A program made the translations under genes and the position numbers. From NCBI GenBank assembly GCA_964016885.1, contig OZ024741.1:194060001-194124000 (forward strand): 64,000 nt of DNA. Reading direction: 5' to 3'. The notes under the pieces were generated by a model. It saw nothing but the letters and a program-made list of their open reading frames with translations, did not search any database and was not told the DNA's origin. How positions within the stretch are numbered: position 1 is the first letter of the stretch; every line of letters starts with the position of its first letter. This document shows positions 26,301 to 39,070 of the stretch, piece after piece. Origin of the DNA: Eledone cirrhosa (Eukaryota).

Positions 26301-26867
26301 GGTGGTAACATTGTGAGGCTAGACAGGTCAGGTGACCATGCCTTGTTCATACATTGTTTTTGATTTGGTTTTCTACAGCATGTACTGGGAGCATTTTTCA
26401 TAGCATATAACTACCTGCTTTGCAGGGATAGATAACAACATTGTTAGACTGATATTTGTAGAGACAGAAGTACTTAGTGGATAATGTACAGGATTAACAG
26501 TTCATGGATAATCAGTTGAAATACGCTATAGATTCCGTATGGTAAGACAGTTAGTAGAATTTTGGACAATCAACCAAGAGGTTGATATTTTTATATTCAG
26601 TCATTGATGCTCATCCATGGCAAAGGCACATGTCCAGCATATTGTGCTCTGGATAGACTCTAGAGATGCTTTAATTCACTGCAGTAGAAAATAGCAGGGA
26701 TTTGCTTACTTACATGACGAAGTTCACTAACTACTAGGGACAAGATTCATGGAATATGTAACACTGGTGTGTAAAGAATGTGTTTTTTTTTAATTCGTTC
26801 AAGAATAGACAGTGGATGGTAACAGCAGAAACAATAATATGGGTGATGTAGATGACAGTAGGAGCAT

Positions 26868-27085
26868 GAAATGTATGCAGATGATAAAAGTCAAAATGAA
26901 ATGTATACAGTAGATGACAGCAGGGACAACTATAAAATATGTACATTAGTTGATGACAAGAATCACATTGAAATGTATACAGAAGATGATAACAAGGACA
27001 ACCATGAAATGTGTACAATAGATGGTATTAGAGACAATTATGAAATATGTACAATAAATGACAACAAAGACAACCATGAAATGTT
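26868..27085 (+). repeat. Degenerate 36-bp minisatellite (~6 units)
   Basis: Units resemble GAAATGTATACAGAAGATGATAACAAGGACAACCAT. Confidence 0.8.
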
Positions 27086-27929
27086 CAGATATCTCTACTT
27101 GAAAGTTGGAAATAAACTTAATATAATTTAGTTGTGGAGGTGAGTTTCTGATATGGAAAGGTGGAAAGGGTTCAGAAAATTGCTCTGTCGGCAATAAAAG
27201 TGTTCTCTCCTTTTTCCAGGGATATTTTAAGTGTGATATTTGTATGACAATAAAAGAGTTCTTTTCCATACCCACACAAAAAACAGGCTTTAATGGGGAG
27301 GGGGATATTTTAAATGTAATACTGTATGACAGGGAAAGGCTGAGTGTAGATTGTGACATGAAGGGATGTGGTATCGGCTGATAACAGGATATGTTTGGAT
27401 ATGTAATACAATAAAACACAACCTGGGTAACAGTGGTGGAAGTTAATAATCAGGAGTAATGAAGGTAGGGCTACCCTAAAGGATGTTTTAACAGTAAGTG
27501 GTTAGATCAGACTAAAAACAAGAAATAATTGAAGATATGAAAATAACCAAATGTACCTAATATGGAACAAGACACATGTAAATAAATATACATAGTACAT
27601 TCTTTAAAGTAGTTGGCATTAGAAAGGATGTGTGCGTGCGGTGTCAATATTTGTGGTGTTAATGGCAACAGTAGTTGCATTCTACTACAAAATATAGAAT
27701 AGTATGATTATAAAAAAAAAATTAAAATAAATCTGAAATGGTCTGAGGCTTGATATTTTTTAACAGAGGAAACTGAAGACAGCTATTTCACTAAAGTGAT
27801 TTGTATATGTACAGGAAAATCTCCAGAGCAACAGGAGATTCTTCTACATGCAGCTTAACTGAAGAAGAGTTGCAAAGAGAATTGAAACCAACAAAGAACA
27901 TATTAATACTAAGCGTTTAATCTGATAGA

Positions 27930-29010
27930 GAACTATCAAATGAAAGAGACGGATTTGGAAATAATGACAGAAAGAGGGAAATGAGGAACAATATCAGGTA
28001 GTTAGATGTGGGCATGCTCAGCAAGAAGATGAGCTAATACAGATTTGCCAATATTATGCAATAACAGAATCCAAGGTGTGAGGTATTCCAGATTGCAGGG
28101 CAGTGAATTAGGTTGGTGAAATATCTGCATGGAGAGATAGCAATGCATTTTGCCATCACTGATGTCAAGAAAAAACCACAGAAATACACCTACTAGAGGT
28201 TGCGAAATGAGGAAAATGCATGGAATAGACGACTACTCCAAACAGAATAAAAAAAAAAGGACCAGCTTTATAATCAAAAGGCCACCAGACCATCAAGAGT
28301 AGTCATTAGGATGCCAAAAATATTCAACTTTACAGAGTTAATCAGGTAATGCAGAGATGTCATATCCAAAAATTGACAGCAATATCACCAGCAACTGCCA
28401 GAGTTTGGTTTTCAGTCACTTTTATTTATTACAGTCTGTGGGAAATAGAATTAATGGAAAGTACCCAAATCAAAACACATCCTCAAATTGAGAAATTTAA
28501 AAGTAAAACTAACAACAAAGAATATAGATCTCAATATGCAGAAAAAGTGTATGCAAACTATGGATGCACAAGATGTAGTGGAATCAAAGGCAAGCTAACA
28601 GAGGATTTTATATGTAGCAGATGCAGAAGTGGTTCGCAGTAAAGGCTAACAGATGAATTCTTTCAAATGGCCAGAAGACTCATTGGAAGTAGTAGATAGC
28701 TTCTATTTAGGTGACCTCAATAGTCTGCTATTTGTAGATGGTTGTTCTGAAAGCATAGTAGGCAGAGTAAAAATAAAGTAGAAAAAGTTCGAGGAGATAT
28801 ATCTCTGCTGCCAACAAAGGGCTTCTCTCTCAGAGTGAAGGACAGATTAGATGATGCTAATATTTAAAGTATGATACTTGATAGAAATGAAGCTGGATGT
28901 GCAATATTAAGGTGCATAAATGAGAGAGCAGAAATAAGCTGAGAGCTAAATACTAAAGGAATCAGTAGTAGAGTACATGGAAGAAGAGTGTGCTGGTGTG
29001 CACATGCTTT
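27930..29010 (+). mobile_element. Highly decayed RTE LINE
   Basis: RCSGIKGKLTEDFICSRC, an SF.YLG-like segment and a KGFSLRVKD-like segment match the other RTE copies. Confidence 0.65.
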
Positions 29011-29692
29011 TCTTGTAGCTATCAAATTTCGACTGTTTAAACAGACATGCACTTTGGTATAAAATAACAATCAGAATTTTATAAACACAGTTCGAAGCAA
29101 GCATCTCATTCAGTGATAGGAAAGAAAAGGCTGACAAGTGAAAGCAATCAATTCTTTATGTGGGCATTTAATTATTTACTATGATTAAGGAAAAATTAAA
29201 GAAACATAGAATTATGTTAATGGAATCTGCTTTTACAAGTAATCCTAATCACTAACATCTATTCATCTTGCCTTTTCTGTCACAAACTGAAATGTTCCAT
29301 TGGTGTATCCAATTTTTTGGAAACACTCACTCAATATTCTGTAAAATATTAATTCTGCTCATAAATAATCACATTCTCTCAATAATCGGTGTATACTCAT
29401 GAAAATCTCCAGTTCACACAAAGCATAAACGAAGATCAAAATATTATTTCTTAGTACATTCATATTTAACTTATATTTACCAATTAATCAGACAATGAAT
29501 AAGTCTGTTGAGGTCATTGCATGCATTACTGATATAGGGGATTCTCAGATTCAGAAACATTACATCTATAAGTCTGTAATTAAATCACATGACCTTTTGT
29601 GAACTTATGCAACTACCAAAACTGTCAAATCTGAAAAATGAATGTTAATGTTTAAAACCAGCAGGAGTGTTTGCAAATAGAAATCTACTCAC

Positions 29693-29815
29693 TTGTGTTT
29701 GGTTTGACAAGGGAATGGTCGGAATTTCAAATGAGGGTACAGAGGTATCATTTACAGATTGGCCAATCATAGAATGAGTGGTTTGGCAATCTTCCACTGA
29801 ATGGAATAAGGAATC
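29693..29815 (-). CDS. CAPRIN1: Caprin coding exon (DSLFHSVEDCQTTHSMIGQSVNDTSVPSFEIPTIPLSNQTQ)
   Basis: Donor CAA|GTGAGT. The 123 visible nt are phase 0 and abut the N-gap. The leading DS matches the end of the Caprin-1 FIQ-DS motif. Confidence 0.72.
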
Positions 29816-30015
29816 NNNNNNNNNNNNNNNNNNNNNNNNNNNNNNNNNNNNNNNNNNNNNNNNNNNNNNNNNNNNNNNNNNNNNNNNNNNNNNNNNNNNN
29901 NNNNNNNNNNNNNNNNNNNNNNNNNNNNNNNNNNNNNNNNNNNNNNNNNNNNNNNNNNNNNNNNNNNNNNNNNNNNNNNNNNNNNNNNNNNNNNNNNNNN
30001 NNNNNNNNNNNNNNN
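29816..30015. other. Assembly gap (200 N)
   Basis: Run of N. Confidence 1.
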
Positions 30016-32700
30016 TCTTCACTATCCATTTCACAAACTAAATGAGAACTTGAATTATGTCAATTTTAACTCTAATCACCCCAGATCTGTTAAGAATACT
30101 ATAGTGAACTCTGTTCAAGAACGAATTTCAAGAATTTCATCTAATAAAAATATTTTTGATGAAAAAGCGCAGTATTACAATGAAGCGTTAGCTAGAGCAG
30201 GATATAGTGATAAAATTAAGTACATCGATAATAATAAGCAAACTAACCAAAATAATAACAATTTTAATTACGGTAACAACATTAACTATAATAGAAAACA
30301 TTACAATAATTCCAAAAGCCGAAAAAGAAATAGAACTAGAAATATATGGTTTGCCCCCCCTTTTTCACTAAATATTAAAACCCATATTCTAAACTATTCT
30401 TTAATGCTCTTGACAAACGCTTCCCTAGAACACAAATATCACTCAATTTTTAACAGACATACTATAAAATTAACTTACTCGTCCACCAAAAATTTAGCAC
30501 AAAATATTAACAGAATTAATAATAGGAATTTAAAACCTAACCAAAATACCAATAATAACCCAAACAATATTCAATTAAATAACTGTAACTGTAGAAATAA
30601 ATCTAACTGTCCGTTAAATAACAATTGCTTAGTTAAAAATGTAGTATACAATTGTAATGTTAAAACTAACTTAAATTCTTTCAACTATGTTGGTTCCACC
30701 TCGACAGAATTTAAACTTCGCTTCAATAATCCTAAGAATTCTTTCACAGATCCAAACAAAAAATCCTCAACTTCGCTATCAAGCCTACTCTGGCAACTTA
30801 AACGAGATAATGTTAAGTATTCGATGTTTTGGAATATTGTCTCAAAAGGGATTCCTTTTAATTCCTCATCAGAGACATGTGATCTCTGTGTGGAGGAGGT
30901 ATTCTTTATATTAAAGTCCAAAAATTCCCTTAATTTAAGGAGCAATTTATTCAGTTGCTGCAGACATAGATTGAACTCAACGTTTAAATATAAATATAAA
31001 TTTAAAATGTAGTATAATTAATTAAGAAATTTAGTTAATATATGAAACCTGACGATAAATCATTTAATTCCTTCACCTTTTTCTTTTTAAACCTTCTTCC
31101 TAAATATAAACAAAGATATAATAAACTACTCTAAAATGTATATGCTCCCAATGTATTAAATAAATTTTACGCAAGATAAATTTCTATACTAAATATAAGG
31201 GCATCCATAGAATCACTGGGTCTTCTAAATCTTTTAAATAATTTTTGTTAAATAAATTTTGGTTTTTATTTGTTATTTGACTGATAGCTTATAACTAACC
31301 TTGCAATATATTGTTTGAAATATAGGAAGGATAGATTTCTGTAGTAAATATATGAAGCATATTGTTTTTGGCCTGAGATACTCTATGTGTTGAAAGTATT
31401 TTAATGTTTTGATGTTTCTGTGCTGATATATTGATATTTGATTATCTCTATACAAAGGCCATATGTGTATTAACATGCATATAGAAGGTTTATAGAGTTT
31501 ATTTTATGCGTTCATGTGTCTGTATATGTGCGTAAAGATGCTGGAAAACTCACGCAGATATTTTATATATATACATATATAGGTATGGTTCTGTATATGT
31601 TACAGATATGCATAATATTAAATACATGAACGGTAATCATATATGTGAGGACATGAATATTAATCGTATATTTTATGTATATATACAGTGAAATTTTTAT
31701 AACAAGAAATTTTTGTATGACAAGAAATTATAGAGTTGATCAGGTGAAGTCATGTGTATGTCTATATTATTGACTAGAGTTAGACATAATTTTCTCTTTT
31801 TTCTTTTTTCAGAAAGTACATATACGTGTATATATATATACATATATATTTCCATATTTTTATAAATAGGGTAATTTTTTGAAGGTTTTATCTCAGATTT
31901 TGGTATATTGACCTCAGAGTTTTAAAATAAACATATGGTCATTATTGAACAATGTTATTTTCTCATATTATATATCTATGTCTCATTCATGAATATTGAT
32001 ATTTGCATTCTTATTATCCATTTCATATGAATTGATAATTCAAATTGATATGACATGACGTAAAGATGTAACTGTATCCTTCTCTCTCTATATAGCACTT
32101 TCTCCTCTCTCTTGAGTTTATCTTTATGTATGATGAATTATTATGTATCTGTCGCTTTCATTTGCCTCTCTTATTTCTTTTTCACTTCCTCCTATATATT
32201 TATATTTTCTCTCTCTTCCTTTCCTCCCCCCTCTCTCTCCGTTTTTTCTTTATCTCCAGTTTTTTCTTTCTCTCCGTCTTTTTTCTAACTGTGCTTAACA
32301 CTATAACTAAATAATTATTATCCTTCTCTCTCTATATAGTACTCCCTCTCTCGAGTTTTTCTATATGTATGGTGAATTATTATTTATCTGTTGCTTTCGT
32401 TTGCCTCTCTTATTTCTTTCTTGTTTCTTTTTCACCTCCTCCTTTTTTTTTTTCTTTCTCTCCCCTCTATTTACCTCCATTTCTTCTTTCTCTCCGTTTT
32501 TTCTAACTGTGCTTAACACTATAACTAAATAATTATAAGCAAATCACTATCCAGACAGCTTCCTAATATAATGGTCGCTTATAATATGATACGTCAAAAT
32601 TATTTATAACTGTTTATATATTGTATTTTATCTGACGAAGGCATGCCATATTTTTAATATGGTATCCTTGAAATATGTATAATGAAATAAATATGGTTTT
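30016..32700 (+). mobile_element. Penelope-like element (RT thumb + GIY-YIG endonuclease, ORF to 31012) with a long 3' region
   Basis: YVNFNSNHP..ISRISS, WFAPPFS, CNCRNKSNCPL (CxCx5C), VVY..YVGST..FKLRFNN, CDLCVEE, CRH. A tandem duplication (32076-32537) and a hammerhead motif lie downstream. Confidence 0.88.
32624..32689 (+). ncRNA. Type I hammerhead ribozyme motif
   Basis: Stem I TATTTTAT/ATGAAATA, CUGACGA at 32632-32638, long stem II ATGCCATATT/AATATGGTAT, GAAA at 32670-32673, short stem III, AUA site at 32679-32681. Confidence 0.75.
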
Positions 32701-32971
32701 ATAAATATAGTTTCCATTTGTTTAATATCGTATATATATACATATATATATACACATATATATATATATACATATATATATACATATATATATACACATA
32801 TATACATATATATATATATATATATGCATATATATACACATATATATATACATATATATACACATATATATACACATATATATACACATATATATACACA
32901 TATATATATACATATATATATATGAAAGACGTAAAATAAGAAAATTATAAAAATTAACTTACTAAAATTTC

Positions 32972-33055
32972 ACTCCAACTAATTAGTTTCTGAAAGGGAA
33001 TAAACATGGTTTCCGAATGGAACAATTTGGAGAATGCCTTTCGTCATCAGGAAGT
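32972..33055 (-). ncRNA. Type I hammerhead ribozyme motif inside an inverted-repeat-bounded element (32920-33535)
   Basis: Minus strand reads ACTTC-CUGAUGA-cGAAAGG...CCTTTCa-GAAA-CTAATTAG-UU-GGAGT, with palindromic stem III ACTAATTAGT. Confidence 0.7.
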
Positions 33056-33645
33056 CAATTCTCAGCTAAGTTCCCAGGCGATGCGTGGATACAGGGAACT
33101 TATACAAAAATAATTCAGTGGATGGAAAAAAGCAAGCGAGGACTAAATTCCAAGACATTGAAAAAAATCACTGCCTACTTGGTCGGTGGCAAATTGAAAA
33201 AGAATCAATCACGTGACATTGAGGTTAATCAGTGAGGAGTGGGGTGTTAAGAAGACAGTAGCCAAACTATTACTATGAACTATAATAGCAGTTTTGGCAA
33301 ATTTTTGCTCAACAAAATAATTTGGAGATAATTATAAAGAATTAGTATATCTACCAACATATATATACAGATGCATACCTATGCTAGCAAATATATATAG
33401 GTTTTGTCTTAGTAACTTTGTGGTTCAATGCAAGGGGATGCAGAACAATTATATGAAAGATGTAAAATTAATTAGTTGGAGTGAAATTTTAATAAGTTAA
33501 TTTTTATAATTTTCTTATTTTACATCTTTCATATATGTGTATGTATGTATATATAAGTGTGTATGTGTATTTGTGCATACATATATGTGTTTATGTGCAT
33601 CTCACAGGAATGTGTACAGATGATTATATATGGAGTATATTCATT

Positions 33646-33972
33646 TCATTTTACGTCCGCTTTTCCCTGCTTGCAAGGGTGGGACAGGAACTGATTCTGG
33701 CTTGATTTTTACAGCTGGATGCCGTTCCTAACACCAACCTCATTTACAGTGAGTGCTGGGTGCTTTTTTGCCGTGGCACCTCCACGACCACTTTGCAGTG
33801 GAATGATATGGACCTCAGTCCCTATCATCTCATTTCTACAGCTGAGTAAACTGGAGCAATGTGAAATAAAGTGTCTTGCTCAAAGAAACAACACATCACC
33901 CGGTCTGAGAATTGAACTCACAACCTTTCGATTGCAAGGCCAATGCTCTAACCACTAAGCCATGTGCCTCCA
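33646..33972 (-). mobile_element. Composite SINE/LINE-tail repeat, near-identical to 46918-47250
   Basis: The two copies align almost base for base. tRNA-like head at one end and RTE-like 3' tail at the other. Confidence 0.8.
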
Positions 33973-35267
33973 TGTGTATGAATGTATATATGCATTTTAT
34001 TACTATTATTCTTTTTGTATTACTTTATCATATATCCTTTGTATATATCCGTATATGTATGTATAAATGTGTGTATATGTATATATATATAGAGAGAGGG
34101 ATATATATATATATCATATTGTATAATATATTGATATTTTATACTTTATATTTTATGTTATGGTATTTTACCGTTATTTTATGGTATATTGTGTTTTTTA
34201 TTATATAATGTATTTTTAATTTACGGTTTTGTTTATATATGTATATGTGTAAGCACGTGTGTGTAAGCAAATATGCATATGTGCAGATGTCTGCATGTGG
34301 CAGCATGTGTGCGTATGCATATGTAGATGTATATCTGTCTGCATGTGTGTATGTATATGTATGTATATGTGTGGGTGTGCGTATGCATGTTAGGTTGTTT
34401 TTGTATATATATATATATATGCATGTGTATGTATGTGTGTATGTAATTTTGTGTACGTATGTGTATTTTGTATGTATGTGTGGGAATGTGTGAGTATATA
34501 TGTGTATGTATGTATATACATATATATGTATATATATATATACGTGTGTGTGTATATGTATGTAAGTATATGTGTGTATGAGTATGTATATATATATATA
34601 AATGTATATAAGGTTGTGCGTATGTATGTGTGCGCGCGTATGTGTGTATATATGTGTATGTTTGCGTAGGCCATGCTTGTCCGACCGGATATATGGCGCG
34701 ACTTCAGCGGCTGTTACGATATGTATCAACAAGGGGTGTGACTGGGTAAGTGGAAGTGAGGGAGAGCGTGTGTGTGTATATATACATATATGTATGTATG
34801 TGGGGGTGTGTCTACACATGTAGGCATACGTATGTGTGTGCACGAATGTGTCTGTGTCTGCACGTGTGTCTATATGTGTGTGTATATTCGTGTGTGTGGG
34901 TGCTTACTCTGGAGTGTGAACAGACGTGTGAGATGCTGAACCCAGCATGACTCCATTGAAGTGTGTCGGACGGAAAATGGCTGATGACCCGTGTGGCAGT
35001 AAATACTGACCAGAAATTGTGATGACGTGGAGTAAAAACAGCCAATGGCATGACAAGAGTGGAAGAGGGTTTTTTGAGGGTGTTTTTTGATAACACCCCA
35101 GTGATAAAATTTGTTCCGAACAAAATACCCGTGTCTGAAAGAACCTGCAGCCGTAGAATCAGCCAGATCCATACAGGGACCATGTCTCGAGCTACCTGCC
35201 GGCGAAACAATTGTAACACGCAATAAATTAAGTACAGATGCATCACTGATTTTTCATTTTCTTTATA

Positions 35268-36270
35268 CTATACTAGCATTAAAGCCCGGCGTTGCTCGGG
35301 GTCATTAAGTTACCAAAGTTAGGTTGCACCACCCATTTTATGGCAGCACTTTTTTGTCTGCCAGGCACTCGGTGAATGAATTGCAGACCTGGAAGCAGGA
35401 GCTGCGCCAGCAGTGACAATTGTATTTTCGCCTATGGATATTATCTCTGTGCAAAAAAGTGCTGAAATTTATTGTTTCACAGTACTTGCGCAACACCCGC
35501 GTAGACGATGCCAGCCGAACAACAGAGCTGCGATGGAGTTGTTCTGCATGGTTGTCTGTGTTTTCTAAATTTAAGACAGTAGGGAGGGTTGTGATATGAG
35601 GGAGAGTTAGCTGTTGTTTCTAGCAGGTTTAGTGACCTCATAGAGGATATGCGTTTTCTAAATTTAAGACAGTAGGGAGTGGTGTGATATGGGGGAGAGT
35701 TAGCTGCTGTTTCTAGCAGGTTTAGTAACCTCATAGAGGATATGTGTTTTCTAAATTTAAGACAGTAGGGAGTGGTGTGATATGGGGGAGAGTTAGCTGC
35801 TGTTTCTATAAAAGGCAGATTGTTGTTGTTGAAGTGAGTGTGTTTGTATGCGTTTGGAAAAGAGGTTTTAAAAAAGATTTATCGCTTGTTGTTGAATAAA
35901 TGTATCTGTATAAAATAGAAAGTAGCAAAATGTGTGGGTTGTAGTTAGAGGTAAGCAGATGATATGAGAGAGTAAAACGGACAGTATCACCATCTAGCTT
36001 GGAAAGAGAAAGTAGCAGAAAGTATGAAGTTGTATAGATTTTGAATGGTAGTGGAAAGAGTTTAGCAGTTTAAATGACAGAGAAAAATCGTAAAATATTG
36101 AGTTTTATCTATTTTTTGCGTAATTGTGGGTGAAATTGAAAAATTATCTATGCCAAGACGCAATCGAAGCTATTTCGAATACTGAATTGTAAATCTCAAT
36201 TGAAGAAATTCTATATCGTAGATTTCTATAAGAAAGGAGCATGACCACACACTGAGCTTTATAGATTATG
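35268..36270 (+). mobile_element. Helentron/HINE-like non-autonomous element with internal 93-bp tandem repeats
   Basis: Starts TATACTAGC...CCCGGCGTTGCTCGGG (subterminal hairpin). About 2.7 copies of a 93-bp unit start at 35561, 35654 and 35747. The 3' end is ..TTTATAGATTATGAT. Confidence 0.6.
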
Positions 36271-36285
36271 ATATATATACATACA

Positions 36286-36322
<37 letters not shown>

Positions 36323-36937
36323 AAATGTGAAGTCGGAAATAGCACGGAAAATATATATTAGGGTCTGATTTTCTTTTTTTTTTCCTTTCTTTGATTCATG
36401 AAAGTGACATTATTGAAAAAATGAGAGGGACAATTCTTTTTAAAAAAAGTTTTATAATGTATATAAAATGATGATGATGATAAAGTATATAAAGTATTAC
36501 CAGTTTCGATGTATTATTAAAATTCATATCAAATGTTGAGTATTACAACTAAAAAGATTTAATAGGAATTAAAAACTAAAAATTAAAGATTTAAAATTAA
36601 GTGTTGGAGTAAGTTTTTTTCCCCATCTTCCTTGCTCAGAAGTAGACTGGAGAATGAATTCTTGTGTAGGCAGCGCCGGCACCACTGCCGCTGATGCCAC
36701 CACCACCACCACCTGTTCATGTTTGAGTGTTGTGTTTTTGTATTCTATGTTGTTCACTAGTGTGTGTTTATGTGTTTGTTGTTATTGTACTTGTGTATAT
36801 TTATCTATTTATATTTCCCTTAGGTCAGTATTGTTTATTTGGGTATGGTTGTTGTTATTCTATTCGTATTTTCTGTTCAACTTTGGTTTTGTTAGTTCTA
36901 TATATATATATATATATAAGGAAACTATAGAGGTAGA

Positions 36938-38560
36938 AAGCCGATGGACCAGGTCATGAAAGTAACAGAAAGAGTTATAGCACAGTTGATTAGGACCGGG
37001 TGAAAATAGATGAGAAGCAATTTGGGTTTGTGCCAGGATGAGGCACCACTGATGCCCTCTTCCTTGTGAGGCAGTTACAGGAAAAGTACCTAGCTAAAAG
37101 TAAGCCACTCTACCTGGCATTCGTCGATCTCGAAAAACCCTTTGACAGAGTTCCATGTGCTATAATCTGGTGGGCTCTTAGAAAACTAGTAGATGAATGG
37201 CTTGTGAAAGCCATGTATAGGGGAGCAGTCAGCAAAGTTAGGATCAGCAATGACTATAGCGAGGAATTTAGCATACAGGTCGATGTCAACCAGGGCTCTG
37301 TTCTTAGCCCTCTCCTGTTCATTATAGTTTTGCAGGCAATAACGGAAGAGTTTAAGGCCGGATGCCCATGGGAACTCCTGTATGCAGATGACCTCACACT
37401 TATAGCTGAATCTATGGTAGAACTAGAGAAGAAATTCCAAACTTGAAGCAGGGACTAGAAAGAAAGGGTCTCAAAGTCACCTGACAAAGACTAAGGTCCT
37501 TGTAAGTAGACGAGAAAACAGAACCCAGATCCCCTCAGGGAAATGGCCTTGCTCAGTATGTAGGAAAGGTGTAGGTATGAACTCCATTCTCTGCCCCAAA
37601 TGCAAACAATGGGTACACAAGAGATGTAGTGGGATCTCAGAAAGCTTAACTAAGAATGAAGGCTTCACATGTAGCAGCTGTGCTGGGACAGCAAGCAGCA
37701 AACAGCCACGGGAAACAAGTACCACCAAACTGTGGGAGGGCTCTGTAGAAACAGTAGGCAGCTTCTGCTACCTAGGTGACCGAATTATCAGCGGAGGTGG
37801 GTGTTCGGAAAGTACAAATAACTAGAGTAAGAACGGGATGGAAGAAGTTCAGGGAGCTACTGCCACTGCTAGCTGCAAAAGGCTTTTCCCTGAAAATGAA
37901 AGGCAGACTATATGATGCGTGTATACGAACAGCAATGTTACATGGTAGTGAGACCCGGGCGCTGTCTGTGGAAGACTTGCATAGATTAGAAAGAAACGAA
38001 GCCTGCATGCTCCGATGGATGTGTAATAGTAATATACGCGAACGGCAAAGCATAAATAAATTGAGAGAGAGACTGAGCTTAAGAGGAATCAAATGCTGTG
38101 TGCAGGAGAGGCGGTTGCGTTGGTATGGACATGTGATGCGTATGAAGGATGACAGCTGCATAAAAAGGTGCAGAGCACTAGGAGTCGATGGAAACCGCGA
38201 AGTGGGGAAAACCCAAGACCTGGGATGAGGTGATAAAAGCCGATCTTACCCAATTACACCTCTCAAAGGCGATGACACACGACCGTGACCTCTGGCGTCA
38301 CGCAGTGGTCATGGACGTGCAACGGCAAAAATGCACCCAGCCCACACTGTAAAGTGGACGTGTAGGCGCCACGGAAAAAAAGCACCCAGCAATCACTGTA
38401 AATGAAGTTGGTGTTAGGAAGGGCATCCAGCTGTAGAAATCAAGCCAGAATCAGTTCCCGTATGAGCAAGACATAGTCAGCCGACCGGACACTGCCCACA
38501 ACAGGACAACCCGTCTAACCCATGCTAGCGTGGAAGAACGGACGTAAAAACGGTGATGAT
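36938..38560 (+). mobile_element. RTE-clade LINE, 5'-truncated, relatively well preserved
   Basis: RQLQEKYL..LYLAFVDLEK, QGSVLSPLLF, LLYADDL, MLHGSET, RRLRWYGHVMR, then a GAT tail. Confidence 0.93.
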
Positions 38561-38599
38561 GATATAAATAGAAGTTTTCACTGTATTTTTGACTAAACT

Positions 38600-38720
38600 G
38601 AAGGTGTGTGGCTGAGTGGTTCAAGAATTGGATTCACAATCGTGAGGTTGTGAGTTGGATTCCCAGACCAGGCGATGCGTTATGTCCTTGAGCAAGACAC
38701 TTTATTTCACGTTGCTCCTT
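38600..38720 (+). mobile_element. tRNA-derived SINE head
   Basis: A box TGGCTGAGTGG and B-box-like GAGTTGGATTCCC, then GTCCTTGAGCAAGACACTTTATTTCAC as in other SINE copies. Confidence 0.7.
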
Positions 38721-38816
38721 CTACCTGGAGTTGCATCCAATAGATTGTATTAGCAATTGGAAAGACCAATGGAAACAGTGTTTCATCGGTCCAATTTGAC
38801 GAATGCTGATCGAATT

Positions 38817-38954
38817 CTTTGACTAAAGAAACCTTAGCCTGATAGTGGGTCCAGAACCCTCTAAGAAATAGAAAAGGCTGAGTATTGTACGTTAATACTC
38901 ATCTTTTTCCATTTCTTAGAACCCCACCATCAGGTTAAAACTTCTTTAGTCAAA
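38817..38954. repeat. Imperfect fold-back / MITE-like hairpin
   Basis: Nested inverted arms: TTTGACTAAAGAA/TTCTTTAGTCAAA, CCTGATAGTGGG/CCCACCATCAGG, TCTAAGAAAT/ATTTCTTAGA, TGAGTATT/AATACTCA. Confidence 0.8.
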
Positions 38955-39070
38955 AATACGGCGAAAGCTATTTCTATTTTCAAACTTGCTCGCTGTTTCT
39001 AAACAAATTTACTTTTTTTCATAAAGTCACATTTATTGATGTATGCTAGAAATAACATAACAGATATATT

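Noticed and set aside
34139-34950. Many overlapping ORFs rich in Y/I/H/T/V/C
   Set aside because: Translations of (TA)n/(TG)n microsatellites. The same applies near 10250, 32700, 46600 and 51200-52400.
35561-35807. Regularly spaced repeats resembling a CRISPR array (also 21440-21596 and 26868-27085)
   Set aside because: Contiguous tandem units without unique spacers, no cas genes, and eukaryotic context.
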